Shown here: positions 25,201-38,400 of the stretch, piece by piece
Layout of the letters: each line of letters opens with the position of its first letter
Position numbering within the stretch: the stretch's first letter is position 1
Assembly: GCF_009914755.1 (NCBI RefSeq)
Contig: NC_060931.1
DNA from: the human T2T-CHM13v2.0 reference genome, Homo sapiens
Direction: 5' to 3' (one strand)
Length of the DNA stretch: 64,000 nucleotides
The notes under the pieces: generated by a model
The model's database searches: none
Seen by the model: the letters and a program-made list of their open reading frames with translations, nothing else
What the model was told of the DNA's origin: nothing
Made by a program: the position numbers and the translations under genes

Positions 25201-28200
25201 CAGAGCAGATTTGAAACACTCTTTTTGTGGAGTTTGCAAGTGGAGATTTCAAGCGATTTGATGCCAACAGTAGAAAAGGAAATATCTTCAAATAAAAACT
25301 AGACAGAATCATTCTCAGAAACTACTTTGTGATGTGTGCCTTCAACTCACAGAGTTCAACCTTTCTTTTCTTAGAGCAGTTTAGAAACACTCTGCTTGTT
25401 ATGTCTGCAAGTGGATATTTGGACCTCTTTGAGGCCTTCGTTGCAAACGGGGTTTCTTCCTTTCATGCTAGACTAAGAAGAGTTCTCAGTAACTTTTTTG
25501 TGTTGTGTGTATTCAACTCACAGAGTTGAACCTTGCTTTAGAGAGAGCAGATTTGAAACACTCTTGCTGTGGCATTTTCAGGTGGAGATTTCAAGCGATT
25601 TGAGGACAATTGCAGAAAAGGAAATATCTTCGTATAATAACCAGACAGAATCATTCTCAGAAAGTGCTTTGTGATGTGTGCGTTCAACTCACAGAGTTTA
25701 ACCTTTCTTTTCATAGAGGAGTTTGGAAACACACTGTTTGTAAAGTCTGCAAGTGGATATATGGACCTGTTTGAGGCCTTCGTTGGAAACGGGATTTCTT
25801 CATTGAATGCTAGACGGAAGAATTCTCAGTAAATTCTTTGTGTTGTGTGCATTCAACTCACAGAGTGGAACGTCCCTTTAGACAGAGCAGATTTGAAACA
25901 CTCTTTTTGCGGAATTTGCAAGTGGAGATTTCTAGCCATTTGATGCCAACAGTAGAAAGGGAAATATCTTCAAATAAAAACCAGACAGAATCATTCTCAG
26001 AAAATTCTTTGTGATGTGTGCGTTCAACTCACATAGTTTAACCTTTCTTTTCATAGAGCAGTTTGGAAACACTCTGTTTGTAAAGTCTGCAAGTGGATAT
26101 ATGGACCGCATTGAGGCCTTCGTTGGAAACGGGATTTCTTCATTTCATGCTAGACAGAAGAATTCTCAGTAACTTCTTTGTGCTGTGTGTATTCAACTCA
26201 CAGAGTGGAACGTCCCTTTGCACAGAGCAGATTTGAAACACTCTTTTTGTGGAGTTTGCAAGTGGAGATTTCAAGCGATTTGATGCCAACAGTAGAAAAG
26301 GAAATATCTTCAAATAAAAACTAGACAGAATCATTCTCAGAAACTACTTTGTGATGTGTGCCTTCAACTCACAGAGTTCAACCTTTCTTTTCTTAGAGCA
26401 GTTTAGAAACACTCTGCTTGTTATGTCTGCAAGTGGATATTTGGACCTCTTTGAGGCCTTCGTTGCAAACGGGGTTTCTTCCTTTCATGCTAGACTAAGA
26501 AGAGTTCTCAGTAACTTTTTTGTGTTGTGTGTATTCAACTCACAGAGTTGAACCTTGCTTTAGAGAGAGCAGATTTGAAACACTCTTGCTGTGGCATTTT
26601 CAGGTGGAGATTTCAAGCGATTTGAGGACAATTGCAGAAAAGGAAATATCTTCGTATAATAACCAGACAGAATCATTCTCAGAAAGTGCTTTGTGATGTG
26701 TGCGTTCAACTCACAGAGTTTAACCTTTCTTTTCATAGAGGAGTTTGGAAACACACTGTTTGTAAAGTCTGCAAGTGGATATATGGACCTGTTTGAGGCC
26801 TTCGTTGGAAACGGGATTTCTTCATTGAATGCTAGACGGAAGAATTCTCAGTAAATTCTTTGTGTTGTGTGCATTCAACTCACAGAGTGGAACGTCCCTT
26901 TAGACAGAGCAGATTTGAAACACTCTTTTTGCGGAATTTGCAAGTGGAGATTTCTAGCCATTTGATGCCAACAGTAGAAAGGGAAATATCTTCAAATAAA
27001 AACCAGACAGAATCATTCTCAGAAAATTCTTTGTGATGTGTGCGTTCAACTCACATAGTTTAACCTTTCTTTTCATAGAGCAGTTTGGAAACACTCTGTT
27101 TGTAAAGTCTGCAAGTGGATATATGGACCGCATTGAGGCCTTCGTTGGAAACGGGATTTCTTCATTTCATGCTAGACAGAAGAATTCTCAGTAACTTCTT
27201 TGTGCTGTGTGTATTCAACTCACAGAGTGGAACGTCCCTTTGCACAGAGCAGATTTGAAACACTCTTTTTGTGGAGTTTGCAAGTGGAGATTTCAAGCGA
27301 TTTGATGCCAACAGTAGAAAAGGAAATATCTTCAAATAAAAACTAGACAGAATCATTCTCAGAAACTACTTTGTGATGTGTGCCTTCAACTCAGAGTTCA
27401 ACCTTTCTTTTCTTAGAGCAGTTTAGAAACACTCTGCTTGTTATGTCTGCAAGTGGATATTTGGACCTCTTTGAGGCCTTCGTTGCAAACGGGGTTTCTT
27501 CCTTTCATGCTAGACTAAGAAGAGTTCTCAGTAACTTTTTTGTGTTGTGTGTATTCAACTCACAGAGTTGAACCTTGCTTTAGAGAGAGCAGATTTGAAA
27601 CACTCTTGCTGTGGCATTTTCAGGTGGAGATTTCAAGCGATTTGAGGACAATTGCAGAAAAGGAAATATCTTCGTATAATAACCAGACAGAATCATTCTC
27701 AGAAAGTGCTTTGTGATGTGTGCGTTCAACTCACAGAGTTTAACCTTTCTTTTCATAGAGGAGTTTGGAAACACACTGTTTGTAAAGTCTGCAAGTGGAT
27801 ATATGGACCTGTTTGAGGCCTTCGTTGGAAACGGGATTTCTTCATTGAATGCTAGACGGAAGAATTCTCAGTAAATTCTTTGTGTTGTGTGCATTCAACT
27901 CACAGAGTGGAACGTCCCTTTAGACAGAGCAGATTTGAAACACTCTTTTTGCGGAATTTGCAAGTGGAGATTTCTAGCCATTTGATGCCAACAGTAGAAA
28001 GGGAAATATCTTCAAATAAAAACCAGACAGAATCATTCTCAGAAAATTCTTTGTGATGTGTGCGTTCAACTCACATAGTTTAACCTTTCTTTTCATAGAG
28101 CAGTTTGGAAACACTCTGTTTGTAAAGTCTGCAAGTGGATATATGGACCGAATTGAGGCCTTCGTTGGAAACGGGATTTCTTCATTTCATGCTAGACAGA

Positions 28201-31200
28201 AGAATTCTCAGTAACTTCTTTGTGCTGTGTGTATTCAACTCACAGAGTGGAACGTCCCTTTGCACAGAGCAGATTTGAAACACTCTTTTTGTGGAGTTTG
28301 CAAGTGGAGATTTCAAGCGATTTGATGCCAACAGTAGAAAAGGAAATATCTTCAAATAAAAACTAGACAGAATCATTCTCAGAAACTACTTTGTGATGTG
28401 TGCCTTCAACTCACAGAGTTCAACCTTTCTTTTCTTAGAGCAGTTTAGAAACACTCTGCTTGTTATGTCTGCAAGTGGATATTTGGACCTCTTTGAGGCC
28501 TTCGTTGCAAACGGGGTTTCTTCCTTTCATGCTAGACTAAGAAGAGTTCTCAGTAACTTTTTTGTGTTGTGTGTATTCAACTCACAGAGTTGAACCTTGC
28601 TTTAGAGAGAGCAGATTTGAAACACTCTTGCTGTGGCATTTTCAGGTGGAGATTTCAAGCGATTTGAGGACAATTGCAGAAAAGGAAATATCTTCGTATA
28701 ATAACCAGACAGAATCATTCTCAGAAAGTGCTTTGTGATGTGTGCGTTCAACTCACAGAGTTTAACCTTTCTTTTCATAGAGGAGTTTGGAAACACACTG
28801 TTTGTAAAGTCTGCAAGTGGATATATGGACCTGTTTGAGGCCTTCGTTGGAAACGGGATTTCTTCATTGAATGCTAGACGGAAGAATTCTCAGTAAATTC
28901 TTTGTGTTGTGTGCATTCAACTCACAGAGTGGAACGTCCCTTTAGACAGAGCAGATTTGAAACACTCTTTTTGCGGAATTTGCAAGTGGAGATTTCTAGC
29001 CATTTGATGCCAACAGTAGAAAGGGAAATATCTTCAAATAAAAACCAGACAGAATCATTCTCAGAAAATTCTTTGTGATGTGTGCGTTCAACTCACATAG
29101 TTTAACCTTTCTTTTCATAGAGCAGTTTGGAAACACTCTGTAAAGTCTGCAAGTGGATATATGGACCGCATTGAGGCCTTCGTTGGAAACGGGATTTCTT
29201 CATTTCATGCTAGACAGAAGAATTCTCAGTAACTTCTTTGTGCTGTGTGTATTCAACTCACAGAGTGGAACGTCCCTTTGCACAGAGCAGATTTGAAACA
29301 CTCTTTTTGTGGAGTTTGCAAGTGGAGATTTCAAGCGATTTGATGTCTACAGTAGAAAAGGAAATATCTTCAAATAAAAACTAGACAGAATCATTCTCAG
29401 AAACTACTTTGTGATGTGTGCCTTCAACTCACAGAGTTTAACCTTTCTTTTCTTAGAGCAGATTAGAAACACTCTGCTTGTTATGTCTGCAAGTGGATAT
29501 TTGGACCTCTTTGAGGCCTTCGTTGCAAACGGGGTTTCTTCCTTTCATGCTAGACTAAGAAGAGTTCTCAGTAACTTTTTTGTGTTGTGTGTATTCAACT
29601 CACAGAGTTGAACCTTGCTTTAGAGAGAGCAGATTTGAAACACTCTTGCTGTGGCATTTTCAGGTGGAGATTTCAAGCGATTTGAGGACAATTGCAGAAA
29701 AGGAAATATCTTCATATAATAACCAGACAGAATCATTCTCAGAAAGTGCTTTGTGATGTGTGCGTTCAACTCACAGAGTTTAACCTTTCTTTTCATAGAG
29801 GAGTTTGGAAACACACTGTTTGTAAAGTCTGCAAGTGGATATATGGACCTGTTTGAGGCCTTCGTTGGAAACGGGATTTCTTCATTGAATGCTAGACGGA
29901 AGAATTCTCAGTAAATTCTTTGTGTTGTGTGCATTCAACTCACAGAGTGGAACGTCCCTTTAGACAGAGCAGATTTGAAACACTCTTTTTGCGGAATTTG
30001 CAAGTGGAGATTTCTAGCCATTTGATGCCAACAGTAGAAAGGGAAATATCTTCAAATAAAAACCAGACAGAATCATTCTCAGAAAATTCTTTGTGATGTG
30101 TGCGTTCAACTCACATAGTTTAACCTTTCTTTTCATAGAGCAGTTTGGAAACACTCTGTTTGTAAAGTCTGCAAGTGGATATATGGACCGCATTGAGGCC
30201 TTCGTTGGAAACGGGATTTCTTCATTTCATGCTAGACAGAAGAATTCTCAGTAACTTCTTTGTGCTGTGTGTATTCAACTCACAGAGTGGAACGTCCCTT
30301 TGCACAGAGCAGATTTGAAACACTCTTTTTGTGGAGTTTGCAAGTGGAGATTTCAAGCGATTTGATGCCAACAGTAGAAAAGGAAATATCTTCAAATAAA
30401 AACTAGACAGAATCATTCTCAGAAACTACTTTGTGATGTGTGCCTTCAACTCACAGAGTTCAACCTTTCTTTTCTTAGAGCAGTTTAGAAACACTCTGCT
30501 TGTTATGTCTGCAAGTGGATATTTGGACCTCTTTGAGGCCTTCGTTGCAAACGGGGTTTCTTCCTTTCATGCTAGACTAAGAAGAGTTCTCAGTAACTTT
30601 TTTGTGTTGTGTGTATTCAACTCACAGAGTTGAACCTTGCTTTAGAGAGAGCAGATTTGAAACACTCTTGTTGTGGCATTTTCAGGTGGAGATTTCAAGC
30701 GATTTGAGGACAATTGCAGAAAAGGAAATATCTTCGTATAATAACCAGACAGAATCATTCTCAGAAAGTGCTTTGTGATGTGTGCGTTCAACTCACAGAG
30801 TTTAACCTTTCTTTTCATAGAGGAGTTTGGAAACACACTGTTTGTAAAGTCTGCAAGTGGATACATGGACCTGTTTGAGGCCTTCGTTGGAAACGGGATT
30901 TCTTCATTGAATGCTAGACGGAAGAATTCTCAGTAAATTCTTTGTGTTGTGTGCATTCAACTCACAGAGTGGAACGTCCCTTTAGACAGAGCAGATTTGA
31001 AACACTCTTTTTGCGGAATTTGCAAGTGGAGATTTCTAGCCATTTGATGCCAACAGTAGAAAGGGAAATATCTTCAAATAAAAACCAGACAGAATCATTC
31101 TCAGAAAATTCTTTGTGATGTGTGCGTTCAACTCACATAGTTTAACCTTTCTTTTCATAGAGCAGTTTGGAAACACTCTGTTTGTAAAGTCTGCAAGTGG

Positions 31201-31775
31201 ATATATGGACCGCATTGAGGCCTTCGTTGGAAACGGGATTTCTTCATTTCATGCTAGACAGAAGAATTCTCAGTAACTTCTTTGTGCTGTGTGTATTCAA
31301 CTCACAGAGTGGAACGTCCCTTTGCACAGAGCAGATTTGAAACACTCTTTTTGTGGAGTTTGCCAGTGGAGATTTCAAGCGATTTGATGCCAACAGTAGA
31401 AAAGGAAATATCTTCAAATAAAAACTAGACAGAATCATTCTCAGAAACTACTTTGTGATGTGTGCCTTCAACTCAGAGTTCAACCTTTCTTTTCTTAGAG
31501 CAGTTTAGAAACACTCTGCTTGTTATGTCTGCAAGTGGATATTTGGACCTCTTTGAGGCCTTCGTTGCAAACGGGGTTTCTTCCTTTCATGCTAGACTAA
31601 GAAGAGTTCTCAGTAACTTTTTTGTGTTGTGTGTATTCAACTCACAGAGTTGAACCTTGCTTTAGAGAGAGCAGATTTGAAACACTCTTGCTGTGGCATT
31701 TTCAGGTGGAGATTTCAAGCGATTTGAGGACAATTGCAGAAAAGGAAATATCTTCGTATAATAACCAGACAGAAT

Positions 31776-32455
31776 CATTCTCAGAAAGTGCTTTGTGATG
31801 TGTGCGTTCAACTCACATAGTTTAACCTTTCTTTTCATAGAGCAGTTTGGAAACACTCTGTTTGTAAAGTCTGCAAGTGGATATATGGACCGCATTGAGG
31901 CCTTCGTTGGAAACGGGATTTCTTCATTTCATGCTAGACAGAAGAATTCTCAGTAACTTCTTTGTGCTGTGTGTATTCAACTCACAGAGTGGAACGTCCC
32001 TTTGCACAGAGCAGATTTGAAACACTCTTTTTGTTGAGTTTGCAAGTGGAGATTTCAAGCGATTTGATGCCTACAGTAGAAAAGGAAATATCTTCAAATA
32101 AAAACTAGACAGAATCATTCTCAGAAACTACTTTGTGATGTGTGCCTTCAACTCACAGAGTTTAACCTTTCTTTTCTTAGAGCAGTTTAGAAACACTCTG
32201 CTTGTTATGTCTGCAAGTGGATATTTGGACCTCTTTGAGGCCTTCGTTGCAAACGGGGTTTCTTCCTTTCATGCTAGACTAAGAAGAGTTCTCAGTAACT
32301 TTTTTGTGTTGTGTGTATTCAACTCAGAGTTGAACCTTGCTTTAGAGAGAGCAGATTTGAAACACTCTTGCTGTGGCATTTTCAGGTGGAGATTTCAAGC
32401 GATTTGAGGACAATTGCAGAAAAGGAAATATCTTCGTATAATAACCAGACAGAAT
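31776..32455 (+). repeat. Structural-variant 4-mer HOR (680 bp) with hybrid monomer 1/3
   Basis: Starts with the monomer-1 signature AGAAAGTG (to 31790) then continues with monomer-3 signatures CACATAG (31818), AGCAG and GGACCGCATTG; 340 bp are missing, plus a 2-bp deletion near 32326. Confidence 0.93.
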
Positions 32456-35436
32456 CATTCTCAGAAAGTGCTTTGTGATGTGTGCGTTCAACTCACAGAG
32501 TTTAACCTTTCTTTTCATAGAGGAGTTTGGAAACACACTGTTTGTAAAGTCTGCAAGTGGATATATGGACCTGTTTGAGGCCTTCGTTGGAAACGGGATT
32601 TCTTCATTGAATGCTAGACGGAAGAATTCTCAGTAAATTCTTTGTGTTGTGTGCATTCAACTCACAGAGTGGAACGTCCCTTTAGACAGAGCAGATTTGA
32701 AACACTCTTTTTGCGGAATTTGCAAGTGGAGATTTCTAGCCATTTGATGCCAACAGTAGAAAGGGAAATATCTTCAAATAAAAACCAGACAGAATCATTC
32801 TCAGAAAATTCTTTGTGATGTGTGCGTTCAACTCACATAGTTTAACCTTTCTTTTCATAGAGCAGTTTGGAAACACTCTGTTTGTAAAGTCTGCAAGTGG
32901 ATATATGGACCGCATTGAGGCCTTCGTTGGAAACGGGATTTCTTCATTTCATGCTAGACAGAAGAATTCTCAGTAACTTCTTTGTGCTGTGTGTATTCAA
33001 CTCACAGAGTGGAACGTCCCTTTGCACAGAGCAGATTTGAAACACTCTTTTTGTGGAGTTTGCAAGTGGAGATTTCAAGCGATTTGATGCCAACAGTAGA
33101 AAAGGAAATATCTTCAAATAAAAACTAGACAGAATCATTCTCAGAAACTACTTTGTGATGTGTGCCTTCAACTCACAGAGTTCAACCTTTCTTTTCTTAG
33201 AGCAGTTTAGAAACACTCTGCTTGTTATGTCTGCAAGTGGATATTTGGACCTCTTTGAGGCCTTCGTTGCAAACGGGGTTTCTTCCTTTCATGCTAGACT
33301 AAGAAGAGTTCTCAGTAACTTTTTTGTGTTGTGTGTATTCAACTCACAGAGTTGAACCTTGCTTTAGAGAGAGCAGATTTGAAACACTCTTGCTGTGGCA
33401 TTTTCAGGTGGAGATTTCAAGCGATTTGAGGACAATTGCAGAAAAGGAAATATCTTCGTATAATAACCAGACAGAATCATTCTCAGAAAGTGCTTTGTGA
33501 TGTGTGCGTTCAACTCACAGAGTTTAACCTTTCTTTTCATAGAGGAGTTTGGAAACACACTGTTTGTAAAGTCTGCAAGTGGATATATGGACCTGTTTGA
33601 GGCCTTCGTTGGAAACGGGATTTCTTCATTGAATGCTAGACGGAAGAATTCTCAGTAAATTCTTTGTGTTGTGTGCATTCAACTCACAGAGTGGAACGTC
33701 CCTTTAGACAGAGCAGATTTGAAACACTCTTTTTGCGGAATTTGCAAGTGGAGATTTCTAGCCATTTGATGCCAACAGTAGAAAGGGAAATATCTTCAAA
33801 TAAAAACCAGACAGAATCATTCTCAGAAAATTCTTTGTGATGTGTGCGTTCAACTCACATAGTTTAACCTTTCTTTTCATAGAGCAGTTTGGAAACACTC
33901 TGTTTGTAAAGTCTGCAAGTGGATATATGGACCGCATTGAGGCCTTCGTTGGAAACGGGATTTCTTCATTTCATGCTAGACAGAAGAATTCTCAGTAACT
34001 TCTTTGTGCTGTGTGTATTCAACTCACAGAGTGGAACGTCCCTTTGCACAGAGCAGATTTGAAACACTCTTTTTGTGGAGTTTGCAAGTGGAGATTTCAA
34101 GCGATTTGATGCCAACAGTAGAAAAGGAAATATCTTCAAATAAAAACTAGACAGAATCATTCTCAGAAACTACTTTGTGATGTGTGCCTTCAACTCACAG
34201 AGTTCAACCTTTCTTTTCTTAGAGCAGTTTAGAAACACTCTGCTTGTTAGGTCTGCAAGTGGATATTTGGACCTCTTTGAGGCCTTCGTTGCAAACGGGG
34301 TTTCTTCCTTTCATGCTAGACTAAGAAGAGTTCTCAGTAACTTTTTTGTGTTGTGTGTATTCAACTCACAGAGTTGAACCTTGCTTTAGAGAGAGCAGAT
34401 TTGAAACACTCTTGCTGTGGCATTTTCAGGTGGAGATTTCAAGCGATTTGAGGACAATTGCAGAAAAGGAAATATCTTCGTATAATAACCAGACAGAATC
34501 ATTCTCAGAAAGTGCTTTGTGATGTGTGCGTTCAACTCACAGAGTTTAACCTTTCTTTTCATAGAGGAGTTTGGAAACACACTGTTTGTAAAGTCTGCAA
34601 GTGGATATATGGACCTGTTTGAGGCCTTCGTTGGAAACGGGATTTCTTCATTGAATGCTAGACGGAAGAATTCTCAGTAAATTCTTTGTGTTGTGTGCAT
34701 TCAACTCACAGAGTGGAACGTCCCTTTAGACAGAGCAGATTTGAAACACTCTTTTTGCGGAATTTGCAAGTGGAGATTTCTAGCCATTTGATGCCAACAG
34801 TAGAAAGGGAAATATCTTCAAATAAAAACCAGACAGAATCATTCTCAGAAAATTCTTTGTGATGTGTGCGTTCAACTCACATAGTTTAACCTTTCTTTTC
34901 ATAGAGCAGTTTGGAAACACTCTGTTTGTAAAGTCTGCAAGTGGATATATGGACCGCATTGAGGCCTTCGTTGGAAACGGGATTTCTTCATTTCATGCTA
35001 GACAGAAGAATTCTCAGTAACTTCTTTGTGCTGTGTGTATTCAACTCACAGAGTGGAGCGTCCCTTTGCACAGAGCAGATTTGAAACACTCTTTTTGTGG
35101 AGTTTGCCAGTGGAGATTTCAAGCGATTTGATGCCAACAGTAGAAAAGGAAATATCTTCAAATAAAAACTAGACAGAATCATTCTCAGAAACTACTTTGT
35201 GATGTGTGACTTCAACTCACAGAGTTCAACCTTTCTTTTCTTAGAGCAGTTTAGAAACACTCTGCTTGTTATGTCTGCAAGTGGATATTTGGACCTCTTT
35301 GAGGCCTTCGTTGCAAACGGGGTTTCTTCCTTTCATGCTAGACTAAGAAGAGTTCTCAGTAACTTTTTTGTGTTGTGTGTATTCAACTCACAGAGTTGAA
35401 CCTTGCTTTAGAGAGAGCAGATTTGAAACACTCTTG

Positions 35437-38400
35437 TTGTGGCATTTTCAGGTGGAGATTTCAAGCGATTTGAGGACAATTGCAGAAAAGGAAATATCTT
35501 CGTATAATAACCAGACAGAATCATTCTCAGAAAGTGCTTTGTGATGTGTGCGTTCAACTCACAGAGTTTAACCTTTCTTTTCATAGAGGAGTTTGGAAAC
35601 ACACTGTTTGTAAAGTCTGCAAGTGGATACATGGACCTGTTTGAGGCCTTCGTTGGAAACGGGATTTCTTCATTGAATGCTAGACGGAAGAATTCTCAGT
35701 AAATTCTTTGTGTTGTGTGCATTCAACTCACAGAGTGGAACGTCCCTTTAGACAGAGCAGATTTGAAACACTCTTTTTGCGGAATTTGCAAGTGGAGATT
35801 TCTAGCCATTTGATGCCAACAGTAGAAAGGGAAATATCTTCAAATAAAAACCAGACAGAATCATTCTCAGAAAATTCTTTGTGATGTGTGCGTTCAACTC
35901 ACATAGTTTAACCTTTCTTTTCATAGAGCAGTTTGGAAACACTCTGTTTGTAAAGTCTGCAAGTGGATATATGGACCGCATTGAGGCCTTCGTTGGAAAC
36001 GGGATTTCTTCATTTCATGCTAGACAGAAGAATTCTCAGTAACTTCTTTGTGCTGTGTGTATTCAACTCACAGAGTGGAACGTCCCTTTACACAGAGCAG
36101 ATTTGAAACACTCTTTTTGTGGAGTTTGCAAGTGGAGATTTCAAGCGATTTGATGCCAACAGTAGAAAAGGAATTATCTTCAAATAAAAACTAGACAGAA
36201 TCATTCTCAGAAACTACTTTGTGATGTGTGCCTTCAACTCACAGAGTTTAACCTTTCTTTTCTTAGAGCAGTTTAGAAACACTCTGCTTGTTACGTCTGC
36301 AAGTGGATATTTGGACCTCTTTGAGGCCTTCGTTGCAAACGGGGTTTCTTCCTTTCATGCTAGACTAAGAAGAGTTCTCAGTAACTTTTTTGTGTTGTGT
36401 GTATTCAACTCACAGAGTTGAACCTTGCTTTAGAGAGAGCAGATTTGAAACACTCTTGCTGTGGCATTTTCAGGTGGAGATTTCAAGCGATTTGAGGACA
36501 ATTGCAGAAAAGGAAATATCTTCGTATAATAACCAGACAGAATCATTCTCAGAAAGTGCTTTGTGATGTGTGCGTTCAACTCACAGAGTTTAACCTTTCT
36601 TTTCATAGAGGAGTTTGGAAACACACTGTTTGTAAAGTCTGCAAGTGGATATATGGACCTGTTTGAGGCCTTCATTGGAAACGGGATTTCTTCATTGAAT
36701 GCTAGACGGAAGAATTCTCAGTAAATTCTTTGTGTTGTGTGCATTCAACTCACAGAGTGGAACGTCCCTTTAGACAGAGCAGATTTGAAACACTCTTTTT
36801 GCGGAATTTGCAAGTGGAGATTTCTAGCCATTTGATGCCAACAGTAGAAAGGGAAATATCTTCAAATAAAAAACAGACAGAATCATTCTCAGAAAATTCT
36901 TTGTGATGTGTGCGTTCAACTCACATAGTTTAACCTTTCTTTTCATAGAGCAGTTTGGAAACACTCTGTTTGTAAAGTCTGCAAGTGGATATATGGACCG
37001 CATTGAGGCCTTCGTTGGAAACGGGATTTCTTCATTTCATGCTAGACAGAAGAATTCTCAGTAACTTCTTTGTGCTGTGTGTATTCAACTCACAGAGTGG
37101 AACGTCCCTTTGCACAGAGCAGATTTGAAACACTCTTTTTGTGGAGTTTGCAAGTGGAGATTTCAAGCGATTTGTTGCCTACAGTAGAAAAGGAAATATC
37201 TTCAAATAAAAACTAGACAGAATCATTCTCAGAAACTACTTTGTGATGTGTGCCTTCAACTCACAGAGTTTAACCTTTCTTTTCTTAGAGCAGTTTAGAA
37301 ACACTCTGCTTGTTATGTCTGCAAGTGGATATTTGGACCTCTTTGAGGCCTTCGTTGCAAACGGGGTTTCTTCCTTTCATGCTAGACTAAGAAGAGTTCT
37401 CAGTAACTTTTTTGTGTTGTGTGTATTCAACTCACAGAGTTGAACCTTGCTTTAGAGAGAGCAGATTTGAAACACTCTTGCTGTGGCATTTTCAGGTGGA
37501 GATTTCAAGCGATTTGAGGACAATTGCAGAAAAGGAAATATCTTCGTATAATAACCAGACAGAATCATTCTCAGAAAGTGCTTTGTGATGTGTGCGTTCA
37601 ACTCACAGAGTTTAACCTTTCTTTTCATAGAGGAGTTTGGAAACACACTGTTTGTAAAGTCTGCAAGTGGATATATGGACCTGTTTGAGGCCTTCGTTGG
37701 AAACGGGATTTCTTCATTGAATGCTAGACGGAAGAATTCTCAGTAAATTCTTTGTGTTGTGTGCATTCAACTCACAGAGTGGAACGTCCCTTTAGACAGA
37801 GCAGATTTGAAACCCTCTTTTTGCGGAATTTGCAAGTGGAGATTTCTAGCCATTTGATGCCAACAGTAGAAAGGGAAATATCTTCAAATAAAAACCAGAC
37901 AGAATCATTCTCAGAAAATTCTTTGTGATGTGTGCGTTCAACTCACATAGTTTAACCTTTCTTTTCATAGAGCAGTTTGGAAACACTCTGTTTGTAAAGT
38001 CTGCAAGTGGATATATGGACCGCATTGAGGCCTTCGTTGGAAACGGGATTTCTTCATTTCATGCTAGACAGAAGAATTCTCAGTAACTTCTTTGTGCTGT
38101 GTGTATTCAACTCACAGAGTGGAACGTCCCTTTGCACAGAGCAGATTTGAAACACTCTTTTTGTGGAGTTTGCAAGTGGAGATTTCAAGCGATTTGATGC
38201 CAACAGTAGAAAAGGAAATATCTTCAAATAAAAACTAGACAGAATCATTCTCAGAAACTACTTTGTGATGTGTGCCTTCAACTCACAGAGTTTAACCTTT
38301 CTTTTCTTAGAGCAGTTTAGAAACACTCTGCTTGTTACGTCTGCAAGTGGATATTTGGACCTCTTTGAGGCCTTCGTTGCAAACGGGGTTTCTTCCTTTC

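Noticed and set aside
32135-32407. Longest ORF (90 aa) and the unique ORFs at 24792-24992, 31662-31895 and 36430-36675
   Set aside because: Each is explained by a single local change: the 2-bp deletion near 32326, C>T at 24793, the 340-bp deletion junction, and G>A at 36674.
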